DNA of 64,000 bases from Squalus acanthias. Its lineage: Eukaryota. How positions within the stretch are numbered: position 1 is the first letter of the stretch; the number at the start of each line of letters is the position of its first letter. Below, one piece after another: positions 39,901-52,370 of this stretch. The translations under genes were made by a program, and so were the position numbers. Location of the stretch: NCBI GenBank assembly GCA_030390025.1, contig CM059431.1, positions 130,574,001 to 130,638,000 on the forward strand, given 5' to 3'. A model generated the notes under the pieces. That model did no database searches. It had not been told where the DNA came from and saw only the letters and a program-made list of their open reading frames with translations.

Positions 39901-41445
39901 ATAGTTAACAACTGCAGTGAATAATTATGATGGAAGATGATTGCAGATGCATTTCAGACTCGGGCCCCTGGGGTAGTTGTTTAAATATTTACAAACACAC
40001 AGGCAATTTTTAAAAACACAGTTTGTTGAAGTCAGCAATAAGTGGTTCTTGCTTTGAAGACTCTGTTCTGTAAAGGTTAAGTTACAATTACAGAAATGAT
40101 TGCACATAGTTTTGATCGATGTACAATTCAAATGCAGTTCCTGGAGAAAGAAATACAAATATTTAATTTACCAGTATATTTCTTAAAAGAATAAAAAACA
40201 ATTACAGTTGACAAGAAATTAGTATAACGCCTATTGCATGTAATTGTTTGAACTTTGCACACACAGTAATCTCTCTTAATTTATGCCTTTAAAAAGGGTG
40301 ACCATATTTTCTAAACCGAATTCGGGGACACACAGGGTGGGAGCACAGCAAAGCAGCCAGGACACGTTTCAACAAAACCAGCATGATGACTTTGTTGCTT
40401 CTGCTGGTGGAATATGTGTAGAAACAACACCATTTTCACTTTACACCGAATCTCGACTCTTGCATGTGTTCTGGCAATAGTACAGTACCATCAATTCACA
40501 TCCCCGAATACCCTAACTTTTAATTTCTCAATTTTAAATTTGATCCAAACAGACTGAGATTTTCCATATAAGGTGTGAAACACCCTCTGTCTCAGAAGGT
40601 TTCAGAAACCTCTTCCCGGTGGGAGAATTTAGAGCTTGCCTTATTCATTAAAAAAAACACAATGCACCACACTGATCTCTGAGGTAATGTAAATCCACTC
40701 ATACACCAGCTCTCCCCGCACCCTCGGCTTCTCCCGCGCATTTTAAAGGGTCTGCCCAGCTGGCAGTGAACTGTGAGGCAACATTCTGCAACAAAGCAAC
40801 ATGTGAGCAGACACACCTTGGCTCCCAGGTGCAGGTGAGACAACATTCATTCTTCCAGCCACATCTGTTCAGGCTGTTATAGTACAGTTGTTCACTAGAA
40901 GATGATCTTCAGCTCCATAAAAGACCACCCTTTTTTGTAGGACCTCGAATGCTGCTTCACTGAGTGGAGCTCTTTGGACACCAGCCCTTTGCCCAGCCGT
41001 TTTGACTTTTCATCAGTAACAGATCAGCTTTCTGGGTAAACAGAAGCTTTGAAGAACTACTGCACCAGATACCCTGCTTGACCCTGTTGTGCTCCAAGCA
41101 CATCATAGCTAAAGTGCAGTAAATTTACATTAGTGAGCTGCACTATGATTGCAAGACCAAGGACAGTGCACTTTAAATCTATATAAGTTTGTGATACCAA
41201 AAGATCTTGTTGTTCTGCTTAAGGATGGATTCACCAATGAGCGACAGTGCTAAACACAGGAATTTCCAAATTTCAGGCCACAGATTCTACAGATGCTGCC
41301 TGACCTGCTGAGCATTTTCTGTTTTTATATCAGATTTCCAACATCCGCAGTATTTTGCTTTTGTATTAGGACAATCAGGAGCCTGATTGTCAGTGTTCAG
41401 AGGTCACATGTGTTCCTGGGGTCACCAGTTGGACATTTTTACCTC

Positions 41446-42682
41446 ATGAATGAAAGACTTAGAATTATATAGCATCTTTCACGACCACTGGACGTCCCAA
41501 AGCACTTTACAGCCAATGAAATACTTTTGAAGAGTAGTCACTGTTGTAATATCGGAAACATGGCGGCCAATTTGCGCACAGCAAGCTCCCACAAACAGCG
41601 ATGTGATAATGGCCCTGAAATTCGCCTCTCCGGCTTGCCGCAGGGGTAAGGATCGCGCGCGCACTTACCTACCGCGCCTGCCGTTGACCTCTGGGCCCAC
41701 GGGAACTTCAGCTCCTGGGCCTGCTCCAAGTGCCAGCGCGCAGTGCTTGCGTGTCCCAGGGGCGTAGTTAGTGCGATGCGTCCCCTGGGATCACGTGGGC
41801 CATGGAGAGCCAATGGCAGCAGACCATCTTTCATTCATAGATTTGACAGGAAGACCTGTCAAATCTGTGAATTGAAATCGGCCCCAAAAGAACAGCTAAA
41901 CTTAAAATAATTTTTTTTAAAACCATCACATTTATAAAATAACTATAAGTTAAATAAATTAACTACTTTAAACAAAAATTTAAACTTTTGAAAAAATTAA
42001 AATACTTTGTAACAGTGCTAAAAATAAACTTACCTTTCTTTAAAGTATCTAAAAAAGATAAACCTGTTGAAAATTTTTTTTAATTATACTTAATTAACCA
42101 CTTACCTTGTTGAAAACGGGTCCTGCGCCTCCTTTTTAAAAGCGCAGGTTCTTCAATACTTACCCTCCCGTAGAAACCTGAAAAAAACCCTAAGCTTGCT
42201 GCGTGCGCGCAGCCTCTACCGCACACGCGGTTCACCTCTGAACCCCTCCCTTCACCAGACCGGAAGTTCCGGTTTCCCGCGCATGCGCAGTGCATGCAGG
42301 AAATCGGCACTTCAGGATGCCTTACGGGCGAGTACACAGTGCGTATTCACCCGGCAAGGGCTGAATTTTTGGCCCATTGACTAGATAATCTGGTTTTTAT
42401 TGATGTTGATTGAAGGATAAAAAATTGGCCAGGACCCCGGGATAACTCCCCTGCTCTTCTTCGAAATAGTGCCATGGGATCTTTTACATCCACCCGAGAG
42501 AGCAGACAGGGCCTCGGTTTAATGTCTCATCTGAAAGACGGCACCTCTGACAGTGCAGCACTCCCTCAGTACTGCACTGGATTGCCAGCCTAGATTTTTG
42601 TGCTCAAGTGTCTGGAGTGGGACTTGAACACACAACCTTCTGACTCTGAGGCGAGAGTGCTACCCACTGATCCATGGTTGAC
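41446..42682 (-). mobile_element. SacSINE1-like SINE split by a MITE
   Basis: Collinear with 9221-10407 once 41611-42378 is removed (gtgataat|gactagataatc). Confidence 0.82.
41611..42375. mobile_element. Harbinger-like MITE
   Basis: TIRs GGCCCTGAAATTC / GAATTTTTGGCCC; flanks AAT/ATT; internal homology to 54999-55755. Confidence 0.75.
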
Positions 42683-44752
42683 ACACCAAAACAAGACCGT
42701 TTTATTTATTTTTTGAAAAAAGTTTAAAGCAACAATATACTGTTGTTAAATATTGGTCTCCAACCTCTCTCAGAATTTAGGCAAAAGTCGTTGTAAAGAA
42801 TTGTCAAGGAAAAAGTGCATGAGGATTGTAAATTTCCCAGTATGCCTTCCCTGTAACCATTCCTCTCATTCCCTAGTGTAACAATAAAGTCCAAAGTAGC
42901 ATGACACATCACGCAGTCATTGTAAAACCCTTTCAGTATGTTAATTGCCTTTGCACAGTGCTTGAGTGAAAAATGTTGATTTGCTCAAGTCAAAGTCAAT
43001 TGTGCATGATCATGTATGATTTAATGATTTCTTGCTATATTAACTTTCAACATAGCAGTCCATTTATTTTATTTGAAGAAATTTAATGAAGATAATCTGT
43101 GGGATTTCACATCTTACTTACGATGTGGTCTTGGAGGAAATGGCTTTTTGAAAGGGACATTAATTAGAACATAAGTTTTAACTCCTTATTCTTCGTTATT
43201 AGTTCCATAAGATCTGTATTTTGACTAAAGTAAACATGGGGATCCTTGGTTTAACATCATTTCCAAAGGGATGATGTCACCAAACATTCAGTAGTTCCCA
43301 ACATTGATATGTTAATATTTGTTATCAGTTTATCCCCCTTCAGGAGTCAACTAATCAGCATTCTGATGTGGGAAAAAACATAAATAAATCAACTGACTAC
43401 TGACAATGCACTGAAGTCATGCAAGGATCAATGGTAAAAGCATATGCACCAATGCTGCTTATATCCCTATTAATGGCAACAGAAGACTATCCTTCTTGTT
43501 TTCCTAGTTCCTAATTGCACTGCATGGACCAGGTCTCATTTCTCTAATGAAATTGTTCTCTCACACATGACGTTCTCTTTTGAAGTCATGAATCCCAATT
43601 GGTATTCTCTGTTTCCTCCCGGGATCTGTACAGAAAATTTTGGCCTGGGGTTTCTGCTGGGTTGTGCTGGTATTTCTAGTGCAATATGCCCAAAATCGGC
43701 TAAACCAGTACAATAGATCGAGGAATTTGAAGTGCAATTTACGTCCAGCGCAAATAGAGTTTCCGCAATCGCCCACAAAACTGGTTACGCCCCCAGATTA
43801 AATTTATCCCCATTAAATTTGTCCCTCTATGGGATTATATTTCTATTCATCTGTTGTAAGACTTCTCTGTTTGTTGAGTTAATAGTACATTATTTTTATT
43901 GCTGTATACTAATAAAAAACATAGCATTGTTTTGCTGGGTTCTTCACACTGAAACATTTGATAATCATGGGTGTGGACCTTCATTGATGTTCTTAACTCA
44001 TGATCACATGCACATTTTAGGATGCAATTATAAGGATGGATGGTGAGGACTGTACCCAGTAACATACAAGTGGGCATGCGTTAACTGACATTCAGTTCAG
44101 AGTGAGCTATCAAATGGGGTTGGTGGTCGTATTGGTTTTGATATGAGTGGCTGCATTCAAATTGCCTTTGGAGATTCACAGTGGGCTTATGTTTTCTCTT
44201 AGAATATATGCTGTAACAGAAAATTGCATCAAGAGCAAAACACTATTCTTGAGTTTAAAGGAGCAGTCTTCAAGTTTAAAGTGGCAGCGTTTGAGCAGAT
44301 AGACTGTTAATTCAACAGTGGATAAAGAACTGCTGCCAATTTTAAAATGGTAATGTACAGGTTTATATCTCTGTAAAAATCTTATATTTCAGTAAAATCC
44401 TTTCACTGACATCTGATGCTATTATAACTCTAGTTTAATCAATTTTTAAAAGCATAAATTCCTGTCACATTCTAAATCATTCACATTTTGCTCTTGCAGT
44501 TTTAAGCTGCAGCCTTGAAACACCTTCACACTATTTGTATTCTCTACATATCCAGCACATAATGGATGATCACGTTCAAAAGAAAGTTCAGTCCGTGCAC
44601 AATGGCATATTATGGGCTCGATTTTTATTTCCGGGGCTGTTTGGAGTCGGGTTGCGTGGTGACGTCATCATAGCTGCTGCTTTTAAAGTTGCCATTCAGC
44701 CGAAGCCTTTCTCTTGTGGATTCTGATACTCATTGAAATTGATCTACACACA

Positions 44753-45496
44753 ATGACTTCTTCCAGAGGCAAGGCAGCTCCTTAATTTAATGATGACTCC
44801 CTCCATGCTCTTGTGGATGCTGTCAGAGGGCACAAGGAAATTCTCTTCCCTCCTGATGGCCGAAGGAAGCCTCCTCAGCAGACCAAGGCAGCCTGGCTGC
44901 GCATTGCTGAGGAGGTCAGCGCAAGGTCCATATGTTCACGCTCATGGATCCAGTGCCAAAAAAGGTTTAATGATCTTGTGCGAACATCAAAAGTGAGTAT
45001 CCCATCACACTTGCCTTCAATCTGCTTCCCTTCTTTTCTCATCACCAGCACGCTGCGTTGTAAGCCTGCTCCTCCACATCCCACCTTACCCTTACTTCCC
45101 TTGTACCCTTACCTATCCATCTCTGTCTCTGCACTGAATCACTTCAGCATCCTGCCTATGCACCCCTTAGACTCACTCTCACTGTCATGCAGTGACAACA
45201 ACTAACAACGCACAGGGAGCTAGCTTCCTCTTGGCACCTTACCCTATCTTCGTCTCACTCAAAGCTTCTATGGTAGGGATTATTCACACTCACTCCATCA
45301 CTGTGGCTGAAACACCGCTTGTGTCCCTCCTTGCAGGGAAAGATAGCCCACAATAAGAGGGAGAGAGCACTGACTGGAGGGGGAACACTTACCCTAGCAA
45401 CATTGACCAGTGCTGAGGAGGCTGCAAACGAGATTGTTGGAGGTGGCAAGGACCTGGAAGTGGGCGATGGAGAGACGGGCAAACTAGAGGAAGCTG
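44753..45496 (+). pseudogene. Myb/SANT-like DNA-binding protein exons 1-2 (44753-44992, 45337-45496)
   Basis: MTSSRGKAAP*FNDDSLHALVDAV...AAWLRIAEEVSARS...RSWIQCQKRFNDL, gtgagt...ttgcag phase-0 intron, then GKIAHNKRERALTGGG; TAA at 44783. Confidence 0.78.
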
Positions 45497-46438
45497 GTGA
45501 CATAATAGAGTTTCATCCCTCTCAGAAAGCAATGGCATATGATGTTCATAGAGATTCGCGTTGTATCATCTGCTCAAAAGGATGTGTCTGCTACATCAAT
45601 ATCAGATGTCTAAATCATGCCTTTACTCTCCCACACGACCATCGAGCGCCCCCCTCCCCACAATCCAGGACGAAGAGCCGGACAACTCCTCAGAGGAACC
45701 TGAAGCCTCTGAGGGAGCAGCGTCACCAGGACTCAGTGCACCCAGCATCAGCGCAGCAACACAAACCTAGGTGGAGCCATCACGAGTTAGAGTAACATAG
45801 AACATAGAAGATAGGAGCAGGAGTAGGCCATTCGGCCCCTCGAGCCTGCTCCGCCATTCGATGAGATCATGGCTGATCATCTAAACTCAGTACCCTGTAC
45901 CTGCCTTCTCCCCATATCCCTTGATACCTTTAGCTTTAAGAAATATATCTAACTCATCCTTGAATATATTTAATGACTTCGCCTCAACTACCTTCTGTGG
46001 TAGAGAATTCCACAGGTTCACCACTCTCTGGGTGAAGAAATTCTTCCTCATTTCTGTCCTAAATGGTTTACCCGTTATCCGTAGATTATGACCCCTGGTT
46101 CTGGACTCTCCGACCATCGAGAACATTCTTCCTGCATCTAGTTTGTCCAGACCTGTCAGAATTTTATATGTTTTGATGAGATCCCCTCTCATTCTTCTAT
46201 ACTCCAGTGAGTATAAGCCCAATCGACCCAATCTCTCCTCATATCTCATTCCTGCCATCCCAGGTATCAGCCTTGTGAATCTTCGCTGAACTCCTTCCAT
46301 GGCAAGAACATCCTTCCTCAGATAAGGCGACCAAAACTGCACACAGTACTCAAGGTGTGGTCTCACCAAGGCCCTGTACAACTGCAGCAGGACATCCCTG
46401 TTCCTATACTCAAACCCTTTCGCTATGAAGGCCAACAT

Positions 46439-47741
46439 TTGGAAAGGGGCAACTTAATCAGGGATAGTCAACACGGATTCGTGAAGGGTAAGTCTTGCCT
46501 AACAAATTTGATTGAATTCTTTGAGGAGGTAACTAAGTGTGTAGATGAAGGTAGAGCAGTTGATGTCGTATACATGGATTTTAGTAAGGCGTTTGATAAG
46601 GTTCCCCATGGTCGTCTTATGAAGAAAGTAAGGAGTTGTGGGATAGAGGGAAATTTGGCCGATTGGATAAGTAACTGGCTATCTCATAGAAGGCAGAGGG
46701 TGGTGGTGGATGGAACATTTTCGGACTGGAGACCAGTTACCAGCGGTGTGCCACAGGGGTCGGTGCTGGGTCCTCTGCTGTTTGTGATTTTTATCAATGA
46801 CTTGGAGGAGGGGACTGAAGGGTGGATCAGTAAATTTGCTGATGACACCAAGATTGGTGGAGTAGTGGATGAGGTGGAGGGCAGTTGTAGGCTGCAAAGA
46901 GACATTGATAGGATGCAGAGCTGGGCCGAAAAATGGCAGATGGAATTTAACCCTGATAAGTGCGAGGTGATTCATTTTGGTAGGGCAAATTTGAATAAGG
47001 ATTACAGGGTCAACGGCAGGGTTCTGAGGAACGTGGAGGAGCAGAGGGATCTGGGTGTTCATATCCACAGATCTCTGAAGGTTGCCACTCAAGTGGATAG
47101 AGCAGTAAAGAAGGCCTATGGTGTGTTGCCGTTTATTAACAGAGGGTTTGAGTTTAAGAACCGTGAGGTTATGCTGCAACTGTACAGGACCTTGGTGAGA
47201 CCACATTTGGAATATTGTGTGCAGTTCTGGTCACCTCACTATAGGAAGGACGTGGAAGCATTGGAAAGAGTGCAAAGGAGATTTACCAGGATGCTGCCTG
47301 GTTTGTGGGGGAGGTCTTATGAGGAAAGATTGAGGGAGTTGGGGCTTTTCTCTTTAGAGCGGAGGAGGATGAGAGGCGACTTAATAGAGGTTTATAAGAT
47401 GATGAGGGGGATAGATAGAGTGGATGTTCAGAGACTATTTCCTCGGGTAGAGGCAGCTGTTACAAGGGGGCATAACTATAAGGTGCATGGGGGGAGATAT
47501 AGAAGGGATGTCCGAGGTAGATTCTTTACTCAGAGAGTGGTTGGGGTGTGGAATGGACTGCCTGCTGTGATAGTGGAGTCGGACACTTTAGGAACTTTGA
47601 AGCGGTTATTGGATAAGCACATGGAGCACACCAGAGTGATAGGGAGTGTGATAGCTTGATCTTGGTCTCGGACAATGCTCGGCACAACATCGAGGGCCGA
47701 AGGGCCTGTACTGTGCTGTACTGTTCTATGTTCTATGTTCT
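46439..47741 (+). mobile_element. 5'-truncated CR1 nested antisense in CR1 ORF2
   Basis: Open RT frame to 47659; (ttctatg)3 tail; host reads gccaacAT|ATaccatttgcc across the junctions. Confidence 0.93.
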
Positions 47742-50174
47742 ATACCATTTGCCTTCTTCACCGCCTGCTGCACCTACATGCTTACTTTCAGCGACTGGTG
47801 CACAAGGACACCCAGGTCTCGTTGCACTTCCCCTTCTCCCAATCTATTGCCATTCAGATAATAGTCTGCCTTTCTGTTTTTGACACCAAAGTGGATAACC
47901 TCGCACTTATCCACGTTATATTGCATCTGCCACGCTTCTGCCCACTCACCCAACCTGTCCAGATCATCCTGGAGTTTCTCGCTATCCTCCTCGCTGCACA
48001 CACTCCCACCCAGCTTTGTGTCATCTGCAAACTTGGAGATATTACATTTAATTCCCTTATCTAGATCATTAATGTATATTGTGAATAGCTGGGGTCCAAG
48101 GACCGATCCCTGCAGTACCCCACTAGTCACTGCTTGCCACTCGGAAAAAGACCCATTAATTCCTACTCTCTGCTTTCTGTCCGCCAACCAGTTCTCTATC
48201 CAAGTCAATACCTTGCCCCCAATCCCATGTGCCTTAACTTTACCCGCTAATCTCTTATGCGGGACCTTATCGAAAGCCTTTTGAAAGTCCAAATACACCA
48301 CATCTACTGGTTCTCCCTTATCTATTTTCCCAGTTACATCCTCAAAAAATTCCAGTAGATTAGTCAAGCACGATTTACCTTTTGTAAATCCATGTTGACT
48401 TTGTCCGATCCTGTCACTGTTTTTCAAATGCTCAGCTATTACATCCTTTATAATGGACTCTAGCATTTTCCCCACTACCGATGTCAGGCTTACCGGTCTG
48501 TAATTCCCCGCTTTCTCTCTACCACCCTTTTTGAATAGTGGGGTAACATTAGCTACCCTCCAATCCATGGGTACAGTTCCAGATTCCATCAAATGTTGGA
48601 AGATGATCAGCAATGCATCTACTATTTCTAGGGCCACTTCCTTACGTACCCTAGGATGTAGATTATCAGGCCCTGGGGATTTATTGGCCTTCAATACCGT
48701 CAATTTCCCTAACACCATTTCCCTGCAAATACTGATTTCTTTCAGTTCCTCCCTTTCATCAGACCCTATGTTCTCCAACATCTCTGGGAGGTTATTTGTG
48801 TCCTCCTTTGTGAAGACAGAACCAAAATATGCATTTAATTGGGCTGCCATTTCTTTGTTCCCCATTATAACTTCCCCCGCTTCTGACTGCAAGGGACCTA
48901 CACTTGATTTCACTAATCTTTTTCTCTTCGCATATCTATAAAAGCTCTTACAGTCAGTTTTTATGTTCCCTGAAAGCTTACTTTCATATTCTATTTTCCC
49001 CTTCTTAATTAATCCCTTTGTCCTCCTTTGTTGAATCCTAAACTGCTCCCAGTCCTCAGGGCTACCGCTTTTTCTGGCCAATTTATATGCCCTCTCCTTG
49101 GATCTCATGCTATCCCTGATTTCCCTTGTTAGCCACAGTTGAGTCACCCTTTTTGTTTTATTCTTATGCCACACTGGGATGTACAAATTCTGTAGTTCAT
49201 CCATGCAGTCTTTGAATGTTTGCCATTGCCTATCCACCGTCAACCCCTTGAGTGACATTCCCCAATCAATCCTACCCAATTCGCGCCTCATACCATCGTA
49301 GTTTCCTTTATTTAAATTCAGGACCCTAGTCTCTGATTCAACTACTTCACTCTCCATCCTAATGAAGAATTCTATCATATTATGATCACTCTGACCCAAG
49401 GGGCCTCGTACAACAAGATTGCTAATTAATCCTTTCTCGTTGCATAATACCCAGTCTAAGATGGCCTGATCTCTGGTTGGTTCCTCGACATATTGTTCCA
49501 GAAAACCATCTGGTAACATTCTAGGAATTCCTCCTCCACAGTATTTTTACTAATTTGGTTAGCCCAATCTATATGTAAATTAAAGTCACCCATGATGACT
49601 GCTGTGCCCTTACTGCATGCTTCTCTAATTTCCCTTTTAATGCCGTCCCCAACCTCCGTATTACTGTTTGGAGGTCTATATACCACTCCCACTAACGTTT
49701 TCTGCCCCTTGTTATTTCTCAGTTCTACCCATACAGATTCCGCATCATCAGAGCTAATATCCTTCCTTTCAATTGTGTTAATCCCCTCTTTAACCAGCAA
49801 TGCTACCCCACCTCCCTTTCTTTTTTGCCTATCTTTCCTAAATATTGAATAACCCTGGATGTTGAGTTCCAAGCCTTGGCCACCCTGGAGCCATGTTTCT
49901 GTAATCCCAATCAAATCGTATTCATTTACCTCTATTTGCGCAGCTAATTCATCCACCTTGTTCCGAATGCTCCTTGCATTAAGACACAAAGCCTTCAGGC
50001 TTGTTTTTTTAACGCTCTCAGACCTATATGAATTATTATTTACTGTGACCATGTTTGATTTAAACCGTTGAGTTCTTAGCCTTCTACTTTTGTTTTTCTC
50101 CTTCCTGTCTTTAGCTTTTATCCTTATTTCCCTTTCCTCTGTCTCCCTGCTCAGGTTCCCAACCCCCTGCCACT

Positions 50175-51125
50175 TTAGTTTAAACCCTCCCCAACAGCAC
50201 TAGCAAACATTCCCCCTAGGACATCGGTCCCGGCCCTGCCCAGGTGCAGACCGTCCCGTTTGTACTGGTCCCACCTCCCCCAGAACCGGTTCCAATGTCC
50301 AAGGAATTTGAATCCCTCCCCCTTGCACCATTCCTCTAGCCACGTATTAATTTGAAATATCCTCCTATTTCTACTCTGACTAACACGTGGCACTGGTAGC
50401 AATCCTGAGATTACTACCTTTGAGGTCCTCTTTTTTAATTTACCTCCTAACTCCCTATATTCTGCTTTTAGGACCTCATCCCGTTTTTTACCTATATCGT
50501 TGATGCCTATGTGCACCACGACAACTGGCTGTTCGCCCTCCCCCTCCAAAGTGTTCTGTAGCCGCTCCGAGACGTCCTTGACCCTTGCACCAGGGAGGCA
50601 ACACACCATCCTGGAGTCTCGATTGCGGCCGCAGAAACATCTATCTATTCCCCTTACAATTGAATCCCCTATCACTATAGCTCTTCCACACTTTTTCCTC
50701 CCAGCCTGTGCAGCAGAGCCACCCATGGTGCCAGGAAGTTGGCTGCTGCCGCCTTCCCCTGATAAGTCATCCCCCCCAACAGCATCCAAAGTGGTATATC
50801 TGTTTGAGAGGGGGATGGCCACAGGGGACCCCTGCACTACCTGCCTGCACCTCTTACTCTGCCTGGTGGTCACCCATTCACTTCCTGCCTGTACACCCTT
50901 TACCTGCGGTGTGACCAACTCGCTAAACGTGTTATTCACGTAGTTCTCAGCGTCGCGAATGCTACAATATGCATCCATCCGCAGCTCCAGCGCCGCAATG
51001 CGGTCCGTCAGTAGCTGCATCTGGATACATTTCCCACACACATGGTCGTCAGGGATACAGGAAGCATCCCTGATTTCCCACATATTGCAGGAGGAGCATA
51101 TCACGGCGCCGAGCTCTGCTGCCAT
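50175..51125 (-). CDS. CR1 ORF1p (Cys/His finger, coiled coil, SGNH/GDSL esterase), intact 316 aa
   Basis: CSSC...HVCGKC; GDSIVRG, PGA, GINDIG and DGLHL esterase blocks. Confidence 0.9.
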   Translation of the reverse strand: MAAELGAVICSSCNMWEIRDASCIPDDHVCGKCIQMQLLTDRIAALELRMDAYCSIRDAENYVNNTFSELVTPQVKGVQAGSEWVTTRQSKRCRQVVQGSPVAIPLSNRYTTLDAVGGDDLSGEGGSSQLPGTMGGSAAQAGRKKCGRAIVIGDSIVRGIDRCFCGRNRDSRMVCCLPGARVKDVSERLQNTLEGEGEQPVVVVHIGINDIGKKRDEVLKAEYRELGGKLKKRTSKVVISGLLPVPRVSQSRNRRIFQINTWLEEWCKGEGFKFLGHWNRFWGRWDQYKRDGLHLGRAGTDVLGGMFASAVGEGLN

Positions 51126-51728
51126 GACTTACCCTTTAATTAATTAATTAAAATTAAACTAATTGAATCCCACCAATTTCACTTCAATTAAATGATATAC
51201 TCAAGGGCCCTTGCTTAACAGCAGTCCCCGCTACACCACAGAGACTCTAGAAACTATAAACCACAGAATTTAAGTATGGAAAAAAGGAGAAAAAGAGAAA
51301 TACTCACCAACCAATCACTTACCTGCTTTCTGGTGACGTCACACTTTGATTATTTTCTACTTCTCTCTCTCCCGCTCTCGGGGCTCAGATTGGTAAGCCT
51401 ACCTGGTCGCCGCTTCTTTTAAAGCCGCCGCCTCGCCGCTGTCGCTCCACCCAGGTCCGCCGCCTCTATCACCTGGTCTATCACAGTGCATAAGTGAGCA
51501 TCAGCAGATGGTGGAGACAGCGACAGCAGTGGAGTGTCCTCGGCGGAGGTCGCAGCAATCTCCTAGCTCTGCTGAGCTGCATGCAGACGCTGTGCCTCTG
51601 CGGCCATCCAGAAAAAGAGCGTCTCGAGAAATAAAGGAACAAGTGCAGGAGTCTCTGGAAGGGTTTGCCTCCAGGGTTAGTGCGAGTGTGGATGGAATGG
51701 AGGAGTCATCTCTAACATCAGCACTGCC

Positions 51729-52370
51729 GTGGTGGAGGCAGTGGCGCATGAATGCACCAACATGGATAGGATGGCAATCTCCATGGATAGGATGGCAGCC
51801 TCTGTGGAAAGGCTGGCTACCTCAATGGAAAGGATGGCTACCGCCGTGGAGAAAATAAGTCGCCAGAGTCAGGAAAACATGGTGACTGTTCAAAATAGAA
51901 TGTCATCTCTGGAGGAGCGATGGGCAGCTATTGAGCAGAGAGACCAGACCTTCATGGACGTCCTTGTGATGAGGACTGCCAGGGCAGATACAGGTCCTTA
52001 TCGTCCCCCTGATGTGCAGCAAGGTGCTCTCCCGCCACTTGTCAGCACTGAGGTGCGGCTGACCCATGAGAGGGATGTTGTTGGCAGGACAGAAGGAAGT
52101 GTGGGCTCCTCTCAAAGCGCTCACACGACCATGCCACTGCAGAGCCCTCGGTCAGAGACTCACTTTGCGGAGACAACTGAGATGGCCGTTTCAGCCCATG
52201 CACAGCCGCAGGAAGAGCAGACTGTTGAAAAGCCCTCCCAGGCTCCCAAACCCAGAGGACGCCCACCAAAGGCATCTAAGCAGGTGCAGCATCCAAGTCA
52301 GCAAGGTGCCTCTACATCTGCTGAAGCCACGGGGGAAGCACCACGTAGAAGCACACGTAAGAGAAAGGTG
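51729..52370 (+). pseudogene. C-terminal region of the Harbinger-like Myb/SANT protein
   Basis: Inside the TIRs and in the same orientation as exons 1-2; heptad repeat MDRMAISMDRMAASVERLATSMERMA, KPRGRPPK and RRSTRKRK. Confidence 0.55.

Larger units (their letters stand above)
45795..51466 (-). mobile_element. Near full-length CR1 LINE, itself interrupted by another CR1
   Basis: Intact ORF1; ORF2 in pieces 49456-50052, 47774-49519 and 45887-46438; (ttctatg)n tail at 45795; closely similar to 20858-25950. Confidence 0.95.

Noticed and set aside
40295..40332. hAT-like terminus AGGGTGACCATATTT
   Set aside because: No matching second TIR or TSD found.
46355..46438. N-terminus of the 434-aa ORF
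   Set aside because: It is the antisense strand of the host CR1, in frame by chance with the nested CR1.
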